Shown here: positions 60,286 to 64,000 of the stretch, piece after piece
Layout: each line of letters starts with the position of its first letter
Numbering within the stretch: the stretch's first letter is position 1
Assembly (NCBI GenBank): GCA_032718475.1
Contig: JAUCBJ010000246.1
Coordinates: 11,370 to 75,369 of the forward strand
DNA: 64,000 bases
DNA from: Nemertoderma westbladi
Taxonomy: Eukaryota; Animalia; Xenacoelomorpha
Direction: 5' to 3'
The notes under the pieces: model-generated
Told to the model about the DNA's origin: nothing
Database searches by the model: none
What the model saw: the letters and a program-made list of their open reading frames with translations, nothing else
Program-made: the position numbers and the translations under genes

Positions 60286-63200
60286 CAATGGTATGTATAG
60301 CACAAAATTACCTTGGAAACCAAACTGTCAAACCTTACCTATCAATTTCGGTTTATCTTATAAACGTTTACAGTGTAACTTATGTAACTACGTAAAACTC
60401 CCGAGTTATTATCATGTTATGACAATATTCTTAAAGATCAATTACGTCGTGATTTTATAGAATTAGTTGAAGTAAATAGTCCTAGTGAGCCTAGTGATAT
60501 ACATTCCGGATCAGTGGTACATTATTTACCACACCGAGGCGTTCTTAAACCTGAATCATCTACCACGCCATTACGGATTGTATATGATTGCTCATCACGC
60601 TCAGCCCCTAATTATCCTAGTTTAAATGATAATCTTTATTCGGGTCCTGACCTAAATAATTTATTGTGCAATTTGTTATTACGTTTCCGTTTACATCCTT
60701 ATTGTGCTATAGCTGACATAGAAAAAGCCTTTCTACAAATAGGCTTAGATCAATCTGATAGCGATTGTACAAGATTTTTATGGATCCAGGATCCATTCGA
60801 CCCTTTTAGTCAATTAGTGACATATCGTTTTAAAGTTATTTTATTCGGAGCTACGTGTAGCCAATTCTTATTGAATGCTACAATAAAATATCACCTCAAT
60901 AAATATTCTTCAAATATTGCTGAGAAAATAAGTGAAGGTATTTATGTTGACAATCTACAGTGTATGGAGCCAACAGAGACAGAATTAATAGATATTTACC
61001 GTCAAAGTAAACAAATTTTAACTGAAGGTGGATTTCCATTGCGACAATGGGTAACGAATTCCCCAAAATTACAGGAAATCATTGTAACCAATAATGACGG
61101 ACCTAAACGTATAAAAGTACTGTTAAGTTACTTGGTATGTTGTGGCACATTACTGAAGATAAACTCGGGTTTGTCTCCAATGAAATTATTTCTCCTGATA
61201 TTATAACAAAGAGAGTGATTGTTAGTTTGTCTGCGAAGGTTTTTGACCCATATGGTTTTCTACTGCCAATAACAATTCGCTCTCGTATTCTTATACAGCA
61301 ACTTTGGCGTTTACAATTAGACTGGGATGCAACCATTCGCAGCGATTTAGTTTCAGTTTGGAACTTATTACTTACAGACCTATATGGAGCAGCCATGTTG
61401 ACAATTCCTAGACAGCTCCCATTGGCTCCAATAATCGACTTACACTGCTTTAGTGACGCTTCTAAAAAAGCATTCGGTGCTGTAATTTACATTGTAAATG
61501 AAAATGGTTCATTTTTTATTACAGCAAAATCGACAGTGACTCCAATTAAACAATCGAAACCTTCTTTACCTAACCTCGAGTTGATAGCTTTTAATATTGG
61601 AGCTCGGTTGGTAAATTATATTTCTGATGTGTATTCATCGATATTTACTCCACGTTCGTTAAATCTGTGGACTGACAGTCAGTTAGTGCTACATTGGGTG
61701 AATAGCACTAAAGTTTTGAAACCTTTCAAAAAGACTCGCGTAAACGAAACTCACAGGTTGGTACCTATGGCAACCATTCGTTATGTACCTACCAAAGACA
61801 ATCCTGCAGACTTGTTAACATGTGGGATTAGTTATTCGCAATTTTTAACTTCGAATATTTGGGTAAACGGCCCCGATTGGCTGATTACACCATGTGATTG
61901 GCCCCATTAACCATCATATGGATTTGAACACGAAACTGCGGGCCTAGTTTCTTCCTCCATACCGGTAGTTGTAGACAGTTTAAGTGAAACTGAAAGTAAA
62001 GTTTATCACGTCAATAAACCTATGATCCATATATCAACGTTTAATAGTTATAACAAACTTATCAACGTTACAGCTTGGGTTATAAAGTTCATTAGTTGTT
62101 ACAAAATTAAAACGAAAACGACAAATACCTGGAAATCTGGCAATAAATTGCCATCCTTATCTGTTAGTGATATTAATTCAGCCCAAACTTATTGGTTTCG
62201 TCAAGTTCAGTACGAAACATTTTATTCTGAAATACAGCACTTAAAGAAACAAGTCGATTCTACCATGACTACTAAACCCCCTCATTTAATTCGGCAACTA
62301 AATTTAATCCTACACAATGGAGTTATTCGGTCCAAAGGTCGGATCGACCATGCTGACCTTGATTGGACAACGAAATGTCCGATCCTTATTCCGAGTAAAC
62401 ATAAGTTTACTGAGTTACTTATTCTTGAAACTCATAATCGATTTTTACACTGTGGTGTTACAGAAACATTGTAAACTTGCGACAATTCTTTTGGATCTCA
62501 CGTATACGACAACGTGTCAATTCAATACTCTGGCTATGTGTTTCCTGTCGCCGCGTTCAAGGTCGACCTTACACAACTCCACCAGAACCTCAACTTCCGC
62601 CATTTCGAGTAAGGATTGCTAATCCATTTCAAGTTTCTGGTGTCGATTATACGGGATATTTGCTTGTTAAGGAGAACGAATTAATTACTAAGGCTTATAT
62701 AGCTTTATTCACTTGTATGGCCTCATGAGCCATTCACTTAGAGGTCGTTAGCAATAACTCTACAACTGAATTCATAATGGAATTGAGATGGTTTATTGGA
62801 CGTCGAGGCTGCCCTACTCAGCTTATTAGTGATAACGCATCCACTTTTTTTCTGCTGATATTAATCTACAAGACCTACATTCTGATCCGTCCGTTCGAAG
62901 CTACTTGCTTTTACAACGAATTGTGTGGCGTTTCATATCTCCATCTAGTCTGTGGATGGGAGGTACATGGGAACGACTCGTAAAGATGACCAAGTTAACA
63001 TTAAAGAAAACTTTAGGGAAATCTTTAGTTTCTATTGACCAACTGCGTACAATAGTTGTAGAGATAGAATCTCTTATAAACGATCGGCCATTGACCTACA
63101 TGAGTTCTGAACCGGATGAAATACTTCCACTAACTCCCTCTCATTTACTTTATGGAAGAAAACTAAACGGTTTAAATATTATTTCCGATGTTTCAGAACT

Positions 63201-64000
63201 TATATCTGATCCCTCATACGGAAGCGATGACGAAACATATGTTAGGAAACAATATTTACATATTTCAACATTGATTAGTAACTTCTGGCGACATTGGAAC
63301 CAGGAGTACCTGGTAGCACTACGTGAAAGACATCGATGTACAACATCTCTGACTGAAGTCATTCCAAAAGTCGGAGACATTGTTCTAATCGGCAGCGATA
63401 ACCTTCCTCGGATGCAATGGCCGTTAGGGAGGATTATAATGCTCCATCCAGGACAGGATGACTATGTACGTTCCGTTTCATTGAAAACTCGTCATGGTGT
63501 TTTGAAACGCCCAGTGAAACGCTCTTATCCATTAGAAATTAACCATTCCGAAATGCTAGTTGACGAAAATGGCGATCTTCAAAGCACATCGGAATCCACT
63601 GACAAGATTTACAGAGAACGGGAGAAACGTACATGTGCAACGATCACGCGTAAAAATATAGAATCATGTATTAAAAAATTGTCAAGTGACGATTCAGATA
63701 GCGAGGCATAAAATTTAACTAAAAAGTAACAAAATATCAGTTTACAATAAATTATACATATTTTTATTTAACCCGTTGACAAATATACAGTAGTTAGATA
63801 TAAATTATTTTTCTATATGTAATTTTTTTTTTTTCGTTAATAATACAAATTGTTGATTTGTACAGATTTGTAGTGTATGAAAGTTATTAAATTTAAGCAT
63901 ACATACGCATAAAGTTGTCATTGTGTGATATACGGTATATATATTTTTTTGTCATAAATATTTTGTTTTCGGAAATTTTTTTTTTGGTGGTGGAGGATGT
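60234..64000 (+). mobile_element. pol: BEL/Pao element D: degraded pol (RT-RH-IN), PPT and start of 3' LTR
   Basis: YLPHRGV...LRIVYDCS...ADIEKAFLQI...FGATCS...YVDN; FSDAS, NPADLLT; GVDYTG, SDNASTF, GGTWERLV; several stops and frameshifts; GGTGGTGGAGGA|TGT at window end. Confidence 0.92.

Noticed and set aside
60940-60955. YVDN instead of YVDD in element D RT as a novelty
   Set aside because: YVDN is recalled from other BEL/Pao RTs, and this copy is degraded.

Overview
AT-rich animal (probably bilaterian invertebrate) DNA made almost entirely of nested transposable elements; no intact host gene is recognisable. Main contents: (1) an 18.6-kb young BEL/Pao LTR retrotransposon 'C' (33773-52386; 1245-bp LTRs, ATAAT TSD). 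Its gag-pol is crippled, but it carries an intact 1417-aa extra ORF with a WRN/RNase D-like DEDDy exonuclease fold and CCHC knuckles. (2) A 7.6-kb non-autonomous BEL element 'A' (16643-24283, TCCCC TSD) inserted into the gag of a sister element 'B' (12938-25603). (3) A fourth BEL pol, a Gypsy 5' end with a tRNA-Gln PBS, Sola-like transposases, Penelope pieces with a hammerhead motif, RTE, R2-like and CR1-like fragments, and two remnants of a tyrosine recombinase gene. Most striking observation: A, B and C all lack a tRNA primer-binding site. Instead, the bases right after each 5' LTR are complementary to a segment inside that element's own LTR, and the pair differs from element to element. This suggests tRNA-independent self-priming in a BEL/Pao lineage. 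All calls are by eye; no database search or folding program was run.
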